NCBI GenBank assembly: GCA_041288095.1
Contig: JBGGMJ010000197.1
Span: 11,751-75,750 of the forward strand
DNA from: Myxococcota bacterium
Lineage (GTDB): Bacteria > Myxococcota > XYA12-FULL-58-9 > JALHOP01
Length of the DNA stretch: 64,000 bases
Direction of reading: 5' to 3'
Part shown: positions 1 to 11,504 of the stretch, in pieces
How positions within the stretch are numbered: the stretch's first letter is position 1
Layout: every line of letters begins with the position of its first letter
The notes under the pieces: model-generated
The model's input: the letters and a program-made list of their open reading frames with translations, nothing else
Database searches by the model: none
What the model was told of the DNA's origin: nothing
Program-made: the position numbers and the translations under genes

Positions 1-28
1 CCCGAAGACAGCGCCCGGCAAGGCTCCA

Positions 29-2815
<2,787 letters not shown>

Positions 2816-2948
2816 GGTCGAACTGCCCCTCTGTCACTAGCCGACTCACCCGCGCAGGCGCGTCGTCCAGGTTCGATTCGACCTTAGGGCCGGGATCTTG
2901 CGCCGTCAAAAAACTAGCTGCGGGGCGGTCCTGGCAGACAAGTGGATG

Positions 2949-2978
2949 TTGACAGCATCGCCGATCGGTCACTAAGAA
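2949..2978 (+). promoter_or_regulatory. Possible sigma70-type promoter for the DUF507-like gene
   Basis: Perfect TTGACA at 2949-2954, 18 nt spacer, weak -10 TAAGAA at 2973-2978 in the divergent intergenic region. Confidence 0.35.
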
Positions 2979-3003
2979 GCCGAACCGAACTCACGAATGC
3001 GTG

Positions 3004-3018
3004 TGGCACGCCTTTTGT
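3004..3018 (+). promoter_or_regulatory. Possible sigma54 (-24/-12) promoter
   Basis: TGGCACG-CCTT-TTGT matches TGGCACG-N4-TTGC at all but the last base, with exact spacing, 24 nt upstream of ATG 3042. Confidence 0.5.
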
Positions 3019-3041
3019 ACGCGTGCCTGGTTGGGACGATC

Positions 3042-3557
3042 ATGAAACTGTACCGCAAGGTCATTCCGAAGATTGCCAAAGACATCGTCCGCTCGTTGCT
3101 CGCCAACCGCGCCATCGAAGTCGAAGACGGCCACCGCGACGAAGCAGAGCTCGACCTCGCGGCCGTCCTCGTCGAGTACATGAACGCCGTCGACCAGGTG
3201 AGCACCGATGCCAGCGAGGCCATGCAGCGCCACGGCTTCTCACACACCATGCTCGGCAAGGTGAAGAAGAGCATCGCGGACCAGCGCAAGGTCGTCATCG
3301 GTGAAGACGCCGAAGAGCACCTCGTCAACCGTGTCATCCACTCGCTCTTCAACTCGAAGCACATCGAGGAAGTGTTCATGGAAGATCACGAGCTGCGTAA
3401 GCTCGTGACCACCGCCATGCGCAAGTACGTCGGCGTCGACGAGGAGCTCGATCGCGAGGTCCGCGGCCGCCTGAAGAATCTGCGCGAGGGCACGGCCGAG
3501 TGGGAAGTCGAATACGGCCGCCTCATCGATCAGATGCGCAGCGCCAAGCAGGCCTGA
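3042..3557 (+). CDS. DUF507-like protein
   Basis: MKLYRKVIPKIAKDIVRSL start and C-terminal LDREVRGRLKNLREGTAEWEVEY resemble the deltaproteobacterial DUF507 family; ATG 3042 preferred to the upstream ORF start. Confidence 0.75.
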   Translation: MKLYRKVIPKIAKDIVRSLLANRAIEVEDGHRDEAELDLAAVLVEYMNAVDQVSTDASEAMQRHGFSHTMLGKVKKSIADQRKVVIGEDAEEHLVNRVIHSLFNSKHIEEVFMEDHELRKLVTTAMRKYVGVDEELDREVRGRLKNLREGTAEWEVEYGRLIDQMRSAKQA

Positions 3558-3558
3558 T

Positions 3559-4113
3559 CTAGGTCAGCTCGAGTGCGTTAGCCTTGCTGCCGTAGTACTC
3601 GAACCGCGCCGTCACGTGGAGTCGTCCGTCCACGTTCGTGATGCGGAGCTCGCCCGGTCCGTCACCGCGGTCTTCGCCAAAGCGGACAACGAGACCGTTG
3701 CCTTCGCGGAACAGCTCGTTCGCCAAGCTATAGAGGCGATTGCTCTTGCGGTCGTAGACCAGCTCTTCCGGGAGGACCGTGCCGCGGACGAGCAGTCGCG
3801 CAAGCTTTTCGCCCTCACCTGGCGCGAGGGCACCGGCGAAGGAGCGGGCCGCCTCGGGCAGCACGCCCATGGCGAGGCGCGCCCGTAGGACCACCCGGTC
3901 GGTCGGCACGCCGTCGTGGAAGGCAAAGGACACGTCGGGCTGGCCGGCGCGCGTGAGTCGGTGCACCGGGCCGTCGCTACGATCGGTCGTCCCCGTCTTG
4001 GTGATGAGGATGCCGTCGCGCGCAAGCTCTGCCACGATGAGGCCGTGGCGGTCCTTGGGGGCGGCTTGGTCGACGACTTGGCCCGCGGACGGACCTTGCA
4101 CGGATAGACTCAT
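3559..4113 (-). CDS. Hypothetical protein with low-complexity N-terminus (candidate regulon member)
   Basis: Protein-like ORF converging on the DUF507-like gene with a 1 nt gap; no recognisable domain; shared motif ends 6 nt before the ATG. Confidence 0.65.
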   Translation of the reverse strand: MSLSVQGPSAGQVVDQAAPKDRHGLIVAELARDGILITKTGTTDRSDGPVHRLTRAGQPDVSFAFHDGVPTDRVVLRARLAMGVLPEAARSFAGALAPGEGEKLARLLVRGTVLPEELVYDRKSNRLYSLANELFREGNGLVVRFGEDRGDGPGELRITNVDGRLHVTARFEYYGSKANALELT

Positions 4114-4119
4114 GCCCAC

Positions 4120-4146
4120 TTATCGGGGCGACTCCTTCGCGGTTCC
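4120..4146 (-). promoter_or_regulatory. Bipartite GGAAC-N14-CCCGATAA motif, copy 1
   Basis: Minus strand reads GGAAC cgcgaaggagtcgc CCCGATAA gtgggc ATG. Confidence 0.6.
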
Positions 4147-4223
4147 TCGAACCGCCCTGCCGCCATGTCGGCCCATCAGCGTGGGTGTGCGGCAAATCAT
4201 TCTCGGGAGCACAGGAGTGGCGC

Positions 4224-4250
4224 GGAACGGCCGGGTGGCTCTGGCGATAA
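4224..4250 (+). promoter_or_regulatory. Bipartite GGAAC-N14-GGCGATAA motif, copy 2
   Basis: GGAAC ggccgggtggctct GGCGATAA, 28 nt upstream of ATG 4279. Confidence 0.55.
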
Positions 4251-4278
4251 CGCAGCACCCCTATCCCGTGAGAGATTC

Positions 4279-5736
4279 ATGAACGTCGGCTCAATCCGTC
4301 CGCCGCGGCAGACTATTCCCACATCTTCCGTGGCACCGACTATCGCCGCCGCTCCCCGCGACACCGTTGAACCGCGCTACAACTGGAACAATCGCATCGC
4401 CATCAAGCCGCGCGCCTTCTACGAGCCCTCGAGCGAGGACGAGGTTTGCGCCATCGTGAAGCACGAGCGCTCTGTCCGCTGCGGCGGAGGGCTGCATTCG
4501 TTCAACGGTGCCATGGCGCCCGACCCCACCGGTGCCTTCATCGACATGCGGCGCATGAACCGCATCGACAAACCGGTCAAACACGCGGACGGCAGCGTGA
4601 CCGTGACCGCTCAAGCGGGCTGCACTCTCAAGCAGATCGGCACCTACCTGCGGGGCTTGGGCCTCGCGCTCGAGAACCTACCGACCAGCGCGGACATCAC
4701 CTTGGGCGGGGCGATCGCCAACGGCGTGCACGGCTCGGGTCTCACCTCTCCCGCCGTGCTCGCCGAGCAGGTCGTCGGCATGACGACCGTCAACAGCGCG
4801 GGCGAAAAGGTCACGGTCGCTGAAGCGGACTTGCCGCTGTACCGCATCAACATGGGCCTCTTGGGCGTCACCACCAGCTTCACCCTGCGCGTCGTGCCCG
4901 ACTTCGATCTGGTGATCGCCGATGACGCCGTCACCGGCGAAGACGAGGTCATCGCACGCCTCGAGCCTTCGCGCTTGCGGCGCGAGGTGAGCCAGTTCCA
5001 GAGCGCAACCTATCTCATCGACTTCAACCTCGAGGATCCCGCCGCCACCAGGCTCAGGCGCAACCTGCTCGTCAAAGTCACCGACGAGAATCGCTCCGAG
5101 ATCGAAGCGCGCAAGCTGCCGCGCAAAGAGGACTACGATCTTCCCCCCGAAACGGTGCGCCGAGCCTATCAGCAGGCCTTCGAGGCCGCGGCCGCGGGCG
5201 GCACGAGCGCGCGCGGCAAGGAGCTGTCCCGCAAGATCCGTGGCGGTTTCGCGCAACCCAAGGAGCCGCGCATCGGCCGCTCGTCGCTCATGTACCAGAT
5301 CTGGCTCGACCTGCCGGCGCACGATGTCAGCTATGGCGTACCGTTCGAGAAGGCCCAAGAAGCCTTCAAGCGCGTCATGACGGAGCTGCGCTCGCTCGGC
5401 TACGAGGCGATGGTGCCGTTGTCGATGCGCTTCCTATCCGGCACCGACAAGACGCTGATGGGCATGAACAGCGGCCGCGACGTGGTCAGCTTCGAGCTAC
5501 TCACCTCGACGGCGACCGACGGCAAGGGAGGCGTGCTGCGACCTGACGTGCTGGCCGCGCAAGTGGCCTTCGAGCGCGTCATGGCCGAGATGGGCGCGCG
5601 GCCGCACTGGGGTAAAGAGTACGATGTGAGCCCGCGCGACCGCTTCGCCCCCGAGGTCTGGCAGCGCTTCGCCGACGAGGCGAAGAGAGTCGGCGCCAAG
5701 TTCAAGAACGCCTGGTCGGCGGCCTTTACGCCGTAG
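4279..5736 (+). CDS. FAD-linked oxidase, L-gulonolactone / D-arabinono-1,4-lactone oxidase (ALO) family
   Basis: FAD_binding_4 features (NWNN, P-SEDEV, GGGLHSFN with the covalent-FAD His, ITLGGAIANGVHGSG, MGLLGV) and C-terminal ARPHWGK motif. Confidence 0.88.
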   Translation: MNVGSIRPPRQTIPTSSVAPTIAAAPRDTVEPRYNWNNRIAIKPRAFYEPSSEDEVCAIVKHERSVRCGGGLHSFNGAMAPDPTGAFIDMRRMNRIDKPVKHADGSVTVTAQAGCTLKQIGTYLRGLGLALENLPTSADITLGGAIANGVHGSGLTSPAVLAEQVVGMTTVNSAGEKVTVAEADLPLYRINMGLLGVTTSFTLRVVPDFDLVIADDAVTGEDEVIARLEPSRLRREVSQFQSATYLIDFNLEDPAATRLRRNLLVKVTDENRSEIEARKLPRKEDYDLPPETVRRAYQQAFEAAAAGGTSARGKELSRKIRGGFAQPKEPRIGRSSLMYQIWLDLPAHDVSYGVPFEKAQEAFKRVMTELRSLGYEAMVPLSMRFLSGTDKTLMGMNSGRDVVSFELLTSTATDGKGGVLRPDVLAAQVAFERVMAEMGARPHWGKEYDVSPRDRFAPEVWQRFADEAKRVGAKFKNAWSAAFTP

Positions 5737-6552
5737 CTACTTCGCGGGCGGAACCTCGTACATGTGGACGCGCGCCTCGAGCGGCTGCTTGCCCTCGACG
5801 CGCATCTTGTACGGCAGCCGGGTCGCATCCGTCGCCATCCAGATGGTCGCGGTGATGGCCGTGCGCTGTTTCTCCGAGGCGTAGCGCAGCTCGTATTTGT
5901 CCGCCGGCTTGCTGCCGACCGGGGTCCTCACCGACTCCTGGCCAATGTGTTTCACCCAGACCGTGTAAGCGCGCTGGTTGGCATAGAGGAGCGCGCAGCC
6001 GTTGGTCTCGGCTGGGAAGCTGCGCATCACGTAGTACGCGGACACGAAGTCGATGGCCGGCGAGGGGAAGCTACGCTCGTCGACCTTCTTTTCGTTGTTG
6101 CGCAGGCGCTTCGACGAGAGCCCCTTGCCGCCGCTCGCGTAGGTCACGTCCTCTTCGAAGTTGTTCTTGTCGGACTTGTAGCGGTTGGTCGAGGTCAGCG
6201 GCAGATGCGAGCCCAGGTCGACCAGCGACGCGGCACGGCCCTCGGCGGGCACGAAGCTCGCCACCAGGCTATCGAGCTTGAAGAGGCTGCGATACTCGGT
6301 GACCAGCTGACCAGCGTAGGTACCGACACGCTCGATCTTGAAATCGATGGTGCCCACCGATAGGCCGTTGACGTCGACGAGGTAACGGATGGTTTCGCCG
6401 GCTGTCTGCGGCAGCGGCCCCTTGGCGTCTAGCGCTTTGGTACATTGCGGCAGGTCGGCCGGCGTCTTGGGAAGAGCGGCGCTGGCCGTCAGCGCCTGGG
6501 CAGGCGGAGCGGCGACGAGCAACGTAACCAACAACGACAACACGATGGTCAA
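5737..6552 (-). CDS. Secreted DUF3108-like protein
   Basis: Signal peptide (TIVLSLLVTLLVAAPPAQA), GETIRYLVDVNGLSVG, C-terminal IWMATDATRLPYKM typical of DUF3108; start uncertain (TTG 6552 or GTG 6576). Confidence 0.7.
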   Translation of the reverse strand: MTIVLSLLVTLLVAAPPAQALTASAALPKTPADLPQCTKALDAKGPLPQTAGETIRYLVDVNGLSVGTIDFKIERVGTYAGQLVTEYRSLFKLDSLVASFVPAEGRAASLVDLGSHLPLTSTNRYKSDKNNFEEDVTYASGGKGLSSKRLRNNEKKVDERSFPSPAIDFVSAYYVMRSFPAETNGCALLYANQRAYTVWVKHIGQESVRTPVGSKPADKYELRYASEKQRTAITATIWMATDATRLPYKMRVEGKQPLEARVHMYEVPPAK

Positions 6553-6588
6553 TTTATTACCCCGACTTACCCCCACGAGCCACGCGCC

Positions 6589-7959
6589 CTGAGCCGCGTC
6601 GTCATCATTGGTCTGGACGGCCTCGAGCCGAGCCTCGCGCTCACACGCTTCGCCGGCGAGCTGCCGGTGCTCCAAAGCCTCGTGACCAAGGCGCGGCTTG
6701 CGAGCTGCGAGCCCCCCATCACGGTCCCGGCGTGGGCTTGCATGGTCACGGGCGTCGACCCGGGGATGCTCGGGCTCTATGGCTTTCATGATCGCTCCGC
6801 TTGGGACTACCGGTCGCGCCGGCTCGCATCGTCGCACGCGCTCACCGAGCCACCGCTCTGGGCCCTGGCCAACCGGGCGGGTTTGCGGGCTCGCATCATC
6901 GGCGTGCCACCCACGTATCCCGCGCCGGCGCTCGATGGGGCTCTCATCTCGTGTTTTCTGACGCCCGACGAGGAGGCGATATTCACCCACCCGGAGAGCC
7001 TCGGACCCGAGGTCCGGCGGCATGGCTACGTGTTCGACACGCCCGAGTTCCGCGTCGCCGAGGACGCTAAAGCGGACTTAAAGGTCGATATCGAGCGCAT
7101 GATCGAGCGGCGCTTCGCGCTAGCGCGCGAGTGGCTGCGTAAAGACGATTGGGACCTCTTCATGATGGTCGAGATGGGAAGCGACCGAGCTCACCACGCC
7201 TTCTGGCGCTACCTCGATCCGGCCCATCCGGAGCACATCCCTGGCCACGCGTTGGCGTCCGCAATCCGCGACATCTACAGGCGCATCGACCAGGAGCTTG
7301 GGCGCGCGCTCGAGCTCTTGCGCCCGGACGATCGGCTCCTCGTGGTCTCCGATCACGGCGCCTGCGGCATGTACGGCGGCTTTGCCATCAACGACTGGCT
7401 GGCCGCGAACGGCTTTCTCACTCTTGTCCCCGAAGCCCGGGGCCGCTTCTCGCCCGAGCTCGTCGATTGGTCGCGCACCACCGCCTGGGCGGACGGCGGC
7501 TACGTGGGACGCATCCACATCAATCAGCGCGGCCGCGAGCCGCAGGGCATCGTCGGCGCGGAGGCGGTGCCCGGAGTGCTGGAGGCCATTCGCTCGACGC
7601 CCGCCCCGACGGCGCTCCGTTTCGCCGCACCGAGCGCCATCTATCGCGCGACTCATGGGCACGCCCCCGCGCTTCAAGTCGAGGCGAGTGACCTGCATGT
7701 GCGCTGTCTCGCATCGGTCGGACATGACTCGCTCTTGGTAGCGAGCAACGACACGGGTCCCGATGATGCCAATCACGGCCGCAACGGCGTCGTGCTCTCC
7801 AACATGGCGCTGGCGCTGGACACGCCGGCGAGCCTCTACGACATCGCGCCGACGGCGCTCGCTTGGCTAGGCATCGCAAGGCCCCCGACGTTCATCGGTA
7901 GAAACCTCGCCAGCCCTCAGAGACACTCGATGGTGTTGCCGACGAGCAGGGCGCAGTAG
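6589..7959 (+). CDS. Alkaline phosphatase superfamily protein (type I phosphodiesterase / nucleotide pyrophosphatase)
   Basis: VVIIGLDG, PPITVPAWACMVTG (Thr nucleophile), DRAHHAFW, VVSDHG, DANHGRNG, LYDIAPT. Start codon unclear. Confidence 0.85.
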   Translation: MSRVVIIGLDGLEPSLALTRFAGELPVLQSLVTKARLASCEPPITVPAWACMVTGVDPGMLGLYGFHDRSAWDYRSRRLASSHALTEPPLWALANRAGLRARIIGVPPTYPAPALDGALISCFLTPDEEAIFTHPESLGPEVRRHGYVFDTPEFRVAEDAKADLKVDIERMIERRFALAREWLRKDDWDLFMMVEMGSDRAHHAFWRYLDPAHPEHIPGHALASAIRDIYRRIDQELGRALELLRPDDRLLVVSDHGACGMYGGFAINDWLAANGFLTLVPEARGRFSPELVDWSRTTAWADGGYVGRIHINQRGREPQGIVGAEAVPGVLEAIRSTPAPTALRFAAPSAIYRATHGHAPALQVEASDLHVRCLASVGHDSLLVASNDTGPDDANHGRNGVVLSNMALALDTPASLYDIAPTALAWLGIARPPTFIGRNLASPQRHSMVLPTSRAQ

Positions 7960-9320
7960 TGGCTCAAGTAGCAGCCAACCGTGCGTACCGGCGGGTGTGA
8001 GAAACGCTGGGGTTCCTCGGAGCTCAAGGTCGCGGTCGAGAAGCCCGAGACGTTGCCCGCCCCGTTGATCCAGCGCACGTCGCCATTGGCCCAACGCACG
8101 AACGTCCGCGAAAACGACAGCTTCACCTCGACGACGTTGGTAGCGTCGGGGACGAACGCGGTGCGCGTCACCGTGTGATTGGGGAAAGGCCCCGGGGCAT
8201 CGTCGGGGTTGACGAGGCTCTCGATGGCGATGAGGTCGCCGTTGCCGCGAACAGCCAAGACGACCGCGTGCAGTCCGTCGAAAGCGCGCAGGTCCGGCCA
8301 GGTGGCATACGGCTGCGGGATGCTGTTCGAATCGTAAGGGAAGAACGGGCTCGGCGTCAGCGTGACCACGCCCGCGGCATCCGCGGTGAGCGCGAACGCT
8401 TCGAGCATCGGAAGCCCGACGTGCCGGGGCGAGGTGGCAACGAGGGTGGCGACGCCGCCTGGGGTCATGCGCTTGAGCGTACCGTCGGCGTAAGACAGGT
8501 AGGCCTCGTAATAAGACTCCCGCATCCCGACGATCTGCGCGGCGTCGGGGTCGGTGACGGCATCGACGTCGACCACGTGACCGTCGTCGGTGATCTGCAG
8601 GGTCTCGGTGACCATAGCGAGGAGTACGTCGTCGGTGGATTGCGCAAACAGCAAGCCAAGCCCGCCGGTGGCGATGCGCGCGAGCGGTGGTAAATCCTCG
8701 TGCGTCAGCGCCGTCCCCGCCGCGCTCGGACAGCCCTGCGCGGTCAGCACAACACCGTCATGGCGGAGCACGCGACCGTGATAAGCCGTCGCCGCGATGT
8801 CCTTGATGTCGGTCGCGCGCGGGGTGATCGCGAGTGATCGGACCGTCGTGCCGCCGTCCGCCGAAAAGGACAGAGACAAGGCGAGGGCTTCGGCGAGACC
8901 CGCGGTGCCGGTGGCGAGCGTCGAGCTTGCGACGAGCTCGCCCGTGGGGATGACCAGGGTCGCGTCGCCAACTGGCAACTCGCCGCCGAAGCTCGAGCTG
9001 CTCACGGCTGCGTACTCGAGCTGCTCCCCGCGGCCGATGCTCCATACGACCGTCGTATCCGCCGACCGAGCGTTGGTGAGACGCGCCGTGACGACCAGAG
9101 CCTCGCCGATCGCCAGGGTGGTCGGCGTCTCGATGGTCAAATCCGAGAGAATCGTGCTCTCGTCGGTTGACCCGCCGTCACCATCGCCGGGGCCGACGTC
9201 GGTCGAGTCGTCGTCGCTAACCTCGGCGCCGTCACCTGGGTCCTCCTCGCCGCCCGGGCTGCCGTTGACGTTGCTCGAGCAGCCAGCAAGGAGGACGAGG
9301 CAAAAAATGAGGCGTCGCAT
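7917..9320 (-). CDS. Hypothetical lipoprotein
   Basis: Lipobox MRRLIFCLVLLAG-C, acidic G/D linker, beta-rich body with no recognised family. Confidence 0.7.
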   Translation of the reverse strand: MRRLIFCLVLLAGCSSNVNGSPGGEEDPGDGAEVSDDDSTDVGPGDGDGGSTDESTILSDLTIETPTTLAIGEALVVTARLTNARSADTTVVWSIGRGEQLEYAAVSSSSFGGELPVGDATLVIPTGELVASSTLATGTAGLAEALALSLSFSADGGTTVRSLAITPRATDIKDIAATAYHGRVLRHDGVVLTAQGCPSAAGTALTHEDLPPLARIATGGLGLLFAQSTDDVLLAMVTETLQITDDGHVVDVDAVTDPDAAQIVGMRESYYEAYLSYADGTLKRMTPGGVATLVATSPRHVGLPMLEAFALTADAAGVVTLTPSPFFPYDSNSIPQPYATWPDLRAFDGLHAVVLAVRGNGDLIAIESLVNPDDAPGPFPNHTVTRTAFVPDATNVVEVKLSFSRTFVRWANGDVRWINGAGNVSGFSTATLSSEEPQRFSHPPVRTVGCYLSHYCALLVGNTIECL

Positions 9321-9446
9321 CGCCGGGAAATGGCACGCGAGCTCTGCCCTGTGAACCCCGCGCCGCCTGACAGCGTAGCGGGGCGCGACGGACGCGGCAA
9401 ACTAGCGGCGCAGCCGCGAAACAGGTGCCGTACGGCGAAAACGGCG

Positions 9447-10049
9447 TCAGCCGTTTTCACCGTTGCTCGCCGCTGGCGGACGCACCACGATGTCAGGGGT
9501 CACGGGCGGGGGACTCGGGATGTCACCGGTGTCACCGCCCACCATCTCGACGATCGTGTCGCCCGAATAGACCGAGAGCTCGCCGACACAACCTTCGCTT
9601 TCCGTGAGCAGCTGGTCGACCTTGCCGCGAGCGATCGAGATCTTGTCGTACTCGTCGCGGCCGGTTTCCTCGTCGCGCCGCGCCAGAGCTTCTTGCATCG
9701 AGACGTCCGCTTGCTCGGACATCTTGAGCAAACCCTTCACGGCGGTGAGCTTTTCGTTGACGCAGTTGAGCTTGATGACGTCGCGCTTCTCGCGCGCTTC
9801 TTCGAGGTATTTGAGCACCGTCTTCAAGACCGAACGCATGCGCTCGAGATGCGAGGCGCCGCGGGCCACGCGCTCGGGCGCGGAGAGATTCTGCTCTTCT
9901 TCGGAGCGCGGCAAACCGAAGCGCGGCGCCGGAGTCGGTTGTGGCGGGGGCGTTTGCGCGGCGGCGATGGACGCGGCGACCAGAGTCGCGCCGAGCACGG
10001 CGACGACCTTTCTGGACACACGTGCACCCACACCAAAGAACCCCAGCAT
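9447..10049 (-). CDS. Conserved-looking secreted helical protein
   Basis: Signal-like segment (KVVAVLGATLVAASIAAAQ), helical core DVIKLNCVNEKL...EGCVGEL with two Cys, Pro-rich tail; resembles myxobacterial hypothetical proteins. Start 10049 or GTG 10019. Confidence 0.7.
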   Translation of the reverse strand: MLGFFGVGARVSRKVVAVLGATLVAASIAAAQTPPPQPTPAPRFGLPRSEEEQNLSAPERVARGASHLERMRSVLKTVLKYLEEAREKRDVIKLNCVNEKLTAVKGLLKMSEQADVSMQEALARRDEETGRDEYDKISIARGKVDQLLTESEGCVGELSVYSGDTIVEMVGGDTGDIPSPPPVTPDIVVRPPAASNGENG

Positions 10050-10198
10050 GTCTTCAAGGCTAACGGTCCCGACTGCGATCGTCAATTGCAACGGTCGCTA
10101 TAGGCGACGGTCTTCCCTTGCCTTTTCGAGATCGAATCTGATTACGTCCGGCCCGCCGCCGCGAATACTCGCGCTGCACACGTGTTGGAGGGTCGAAA

Positions 10199-10897
10199 GT
10201 GCGTTTCGAGCAGCCGCTTATCGAAGCTACGTTGGTCCGCCGCCAGAAGCGTTTCGTCGCCGATGTCCGTCTGCAAAGTGGCGAAGAAGTATCCGTCCAC
10301 TGCGCACATCCCGGGAGCATGATGGGATGCTCGGAGCCCGGCAGCAAAGTGCTCATCTCCTCCCACAACGATCCGCGCCGGCGCTTCAAGCACCAGCTCG
10401 AGATCATCTACTCGGGTCGTACGCCGGTCGGCATTCACACCGGCCGTCCCGCCTCCGTCGTTTACGAGGCGATCATGGCGGGCAAGATCGGCGAGCTCGC
10501 CGGCTACGCCCAGATCCGTCGCGACGCGCGTTACGGCCGCGACAATCGCATCGACCTGCTGCTCGAGGGCAATGGGCTGCGCTCCTGCTACATCGAGGTC
10601 ATCAACGTGACGCTCGGGCAGGACGGCACTGCCTTCTACCCAGACACGGTGATGCCCGAAGGCGCCATGCACATGGATGAGCTCACGGATCTGGTGCGCG
10701 AAGGTTGCCGCGCCATGATCTTCTTCGTCGCCCAGCGCGGCGACGTCGAGCGCTTCCGCCCGGCCGATCACATCGACGCGGAGCTCGCGCAAGCCATGCG
10801 CGACGCCTTCGCGCGCGGCGTCGAGCCGGTCTGCTATCGCGCCAAGGTGGCCCGCAAGGGCATCGAGCTCGACGACAGACTGCCGATCGAGCTGTAG
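10199..10897 (+). CDS. sfsA: DNA/RNA nuclease SfsA (sugar fermentation stimulation protein)
   Basis: RRQKRFVADV, HCAHPGSMMG, RIDLLL, YIEV, FYPD, HMDEL, FFVAQR, GVEP. Confidence 0.9.
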   Translation: MRFEQPLIEATLVRRQKRFVADVRLQSGEEVSVHCAHPGSMMGCSEPGSKVLISSHNDPRRRFKHQLEIIYSGRTPVGIHTGRPASVVYEAIMAGKIGELAGYAQIRRDARYGRDNRIDLLLEGNGLRSCYIEVINVTLGQDGTAFYPDTVMPEGAMHMDELTDLVREGCRAMIFFVAQRGDVERFRPADHIDAELAQAMRDAFARGVEPVCYRAKVARKGIELDDRLPIEL

Positions 10898-10921
10898 CCG
10901 ACAAGCTACGCTAAAACGAAC

Positions 10922-10947
10922 AGAGGCCGCCTTCGAGCGGCCTCTTT
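10922..10947. terminator. Probable bidirectional intrinsic terminator
   Basis: 9 bp stem AGAGGCCGC / GCGGCCTCT, loop CTTCGA, short T run after and A-rich run before, between convergent genes. Confidence 0.7.
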
Positions 10948-11492
10948 CATTTCAAGCCGCTGACTTTGACGTTGGTGAACTTGCCGTTCGTGATCTTGAG
11001 CGGCTCGGTGTAGGCGTTGCCTTCCTTCTTGGCGTGCAGGTAGGCCATCTCACCCTGGAAGGTGCCGGAGATCGTGCCTTCGCGCAGCGGCGAGTTCGCG
11101 ACGTCGTGAATTTCGAAGTCGGTGATCTCGACCGTCAGCTCCTCTGCCTTGGCCTGGTAGCCGAACTCGTGGCCGGCGTCGTCCTTGCGGGCGTACGCGG
11201 CGGCGACCACCGGATACTTGCGAGTGCCGCCACGGAACCCGTTGATCTGGATCGAGAACTGGTGCCGCGTCGTGTCCGGCGCCACCGCTCCATGCATCAC
11301 GATGGTGAGACTGCCCGTCGGCTCGACGTAGCTCGCGGCAGCGGGGAAGTTGTCTTCGCCCGAGGGAGCGGTCGATGCCGCCTTGCCGTTGGCCTCGAAA
11401 GTGACCGTGGCTTTCGTCGGGTCGACGGGTGCCGACCCACCTCCGCTGCAAGCCGCCAAGGCCAACAAGGCCGTCATCAGGATCTTCTTCAT
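10947..11492 (-). CDS. Hypothetical lipoprotein
   Basis: MKKILMTALLALAA-C lipobox; beta-sandwich-like end GTISGTFQG...ITNGKF; GGAGA RBS. Confidence 0.8.
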   Translation of the reverse strand: MKKILMTALLALAACSGGGSAPVDPTKATVTFEANGKAASTAPSGEDNFPAAASYVEPTGSLTIVMHGAVAPDTTRHQFSIQINGFRGGTRKYPVVAAAYARKDDAGHEFGYQAKAEELTVEITDFEIHDVANSPLREGTISGTFQGEMAYLHAKKEGNAYTEPLKITNGKFTNVKVSGLK

Positions 11493-11504
11493 GGTCTCTC
11501 CGTT

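Noticed and set aside
9331..9347. TGGCACG...TGC sigma54-like element
   Set aside because: The -24/-12 spacing is 2 nt too long and no plus-strand gene follows.
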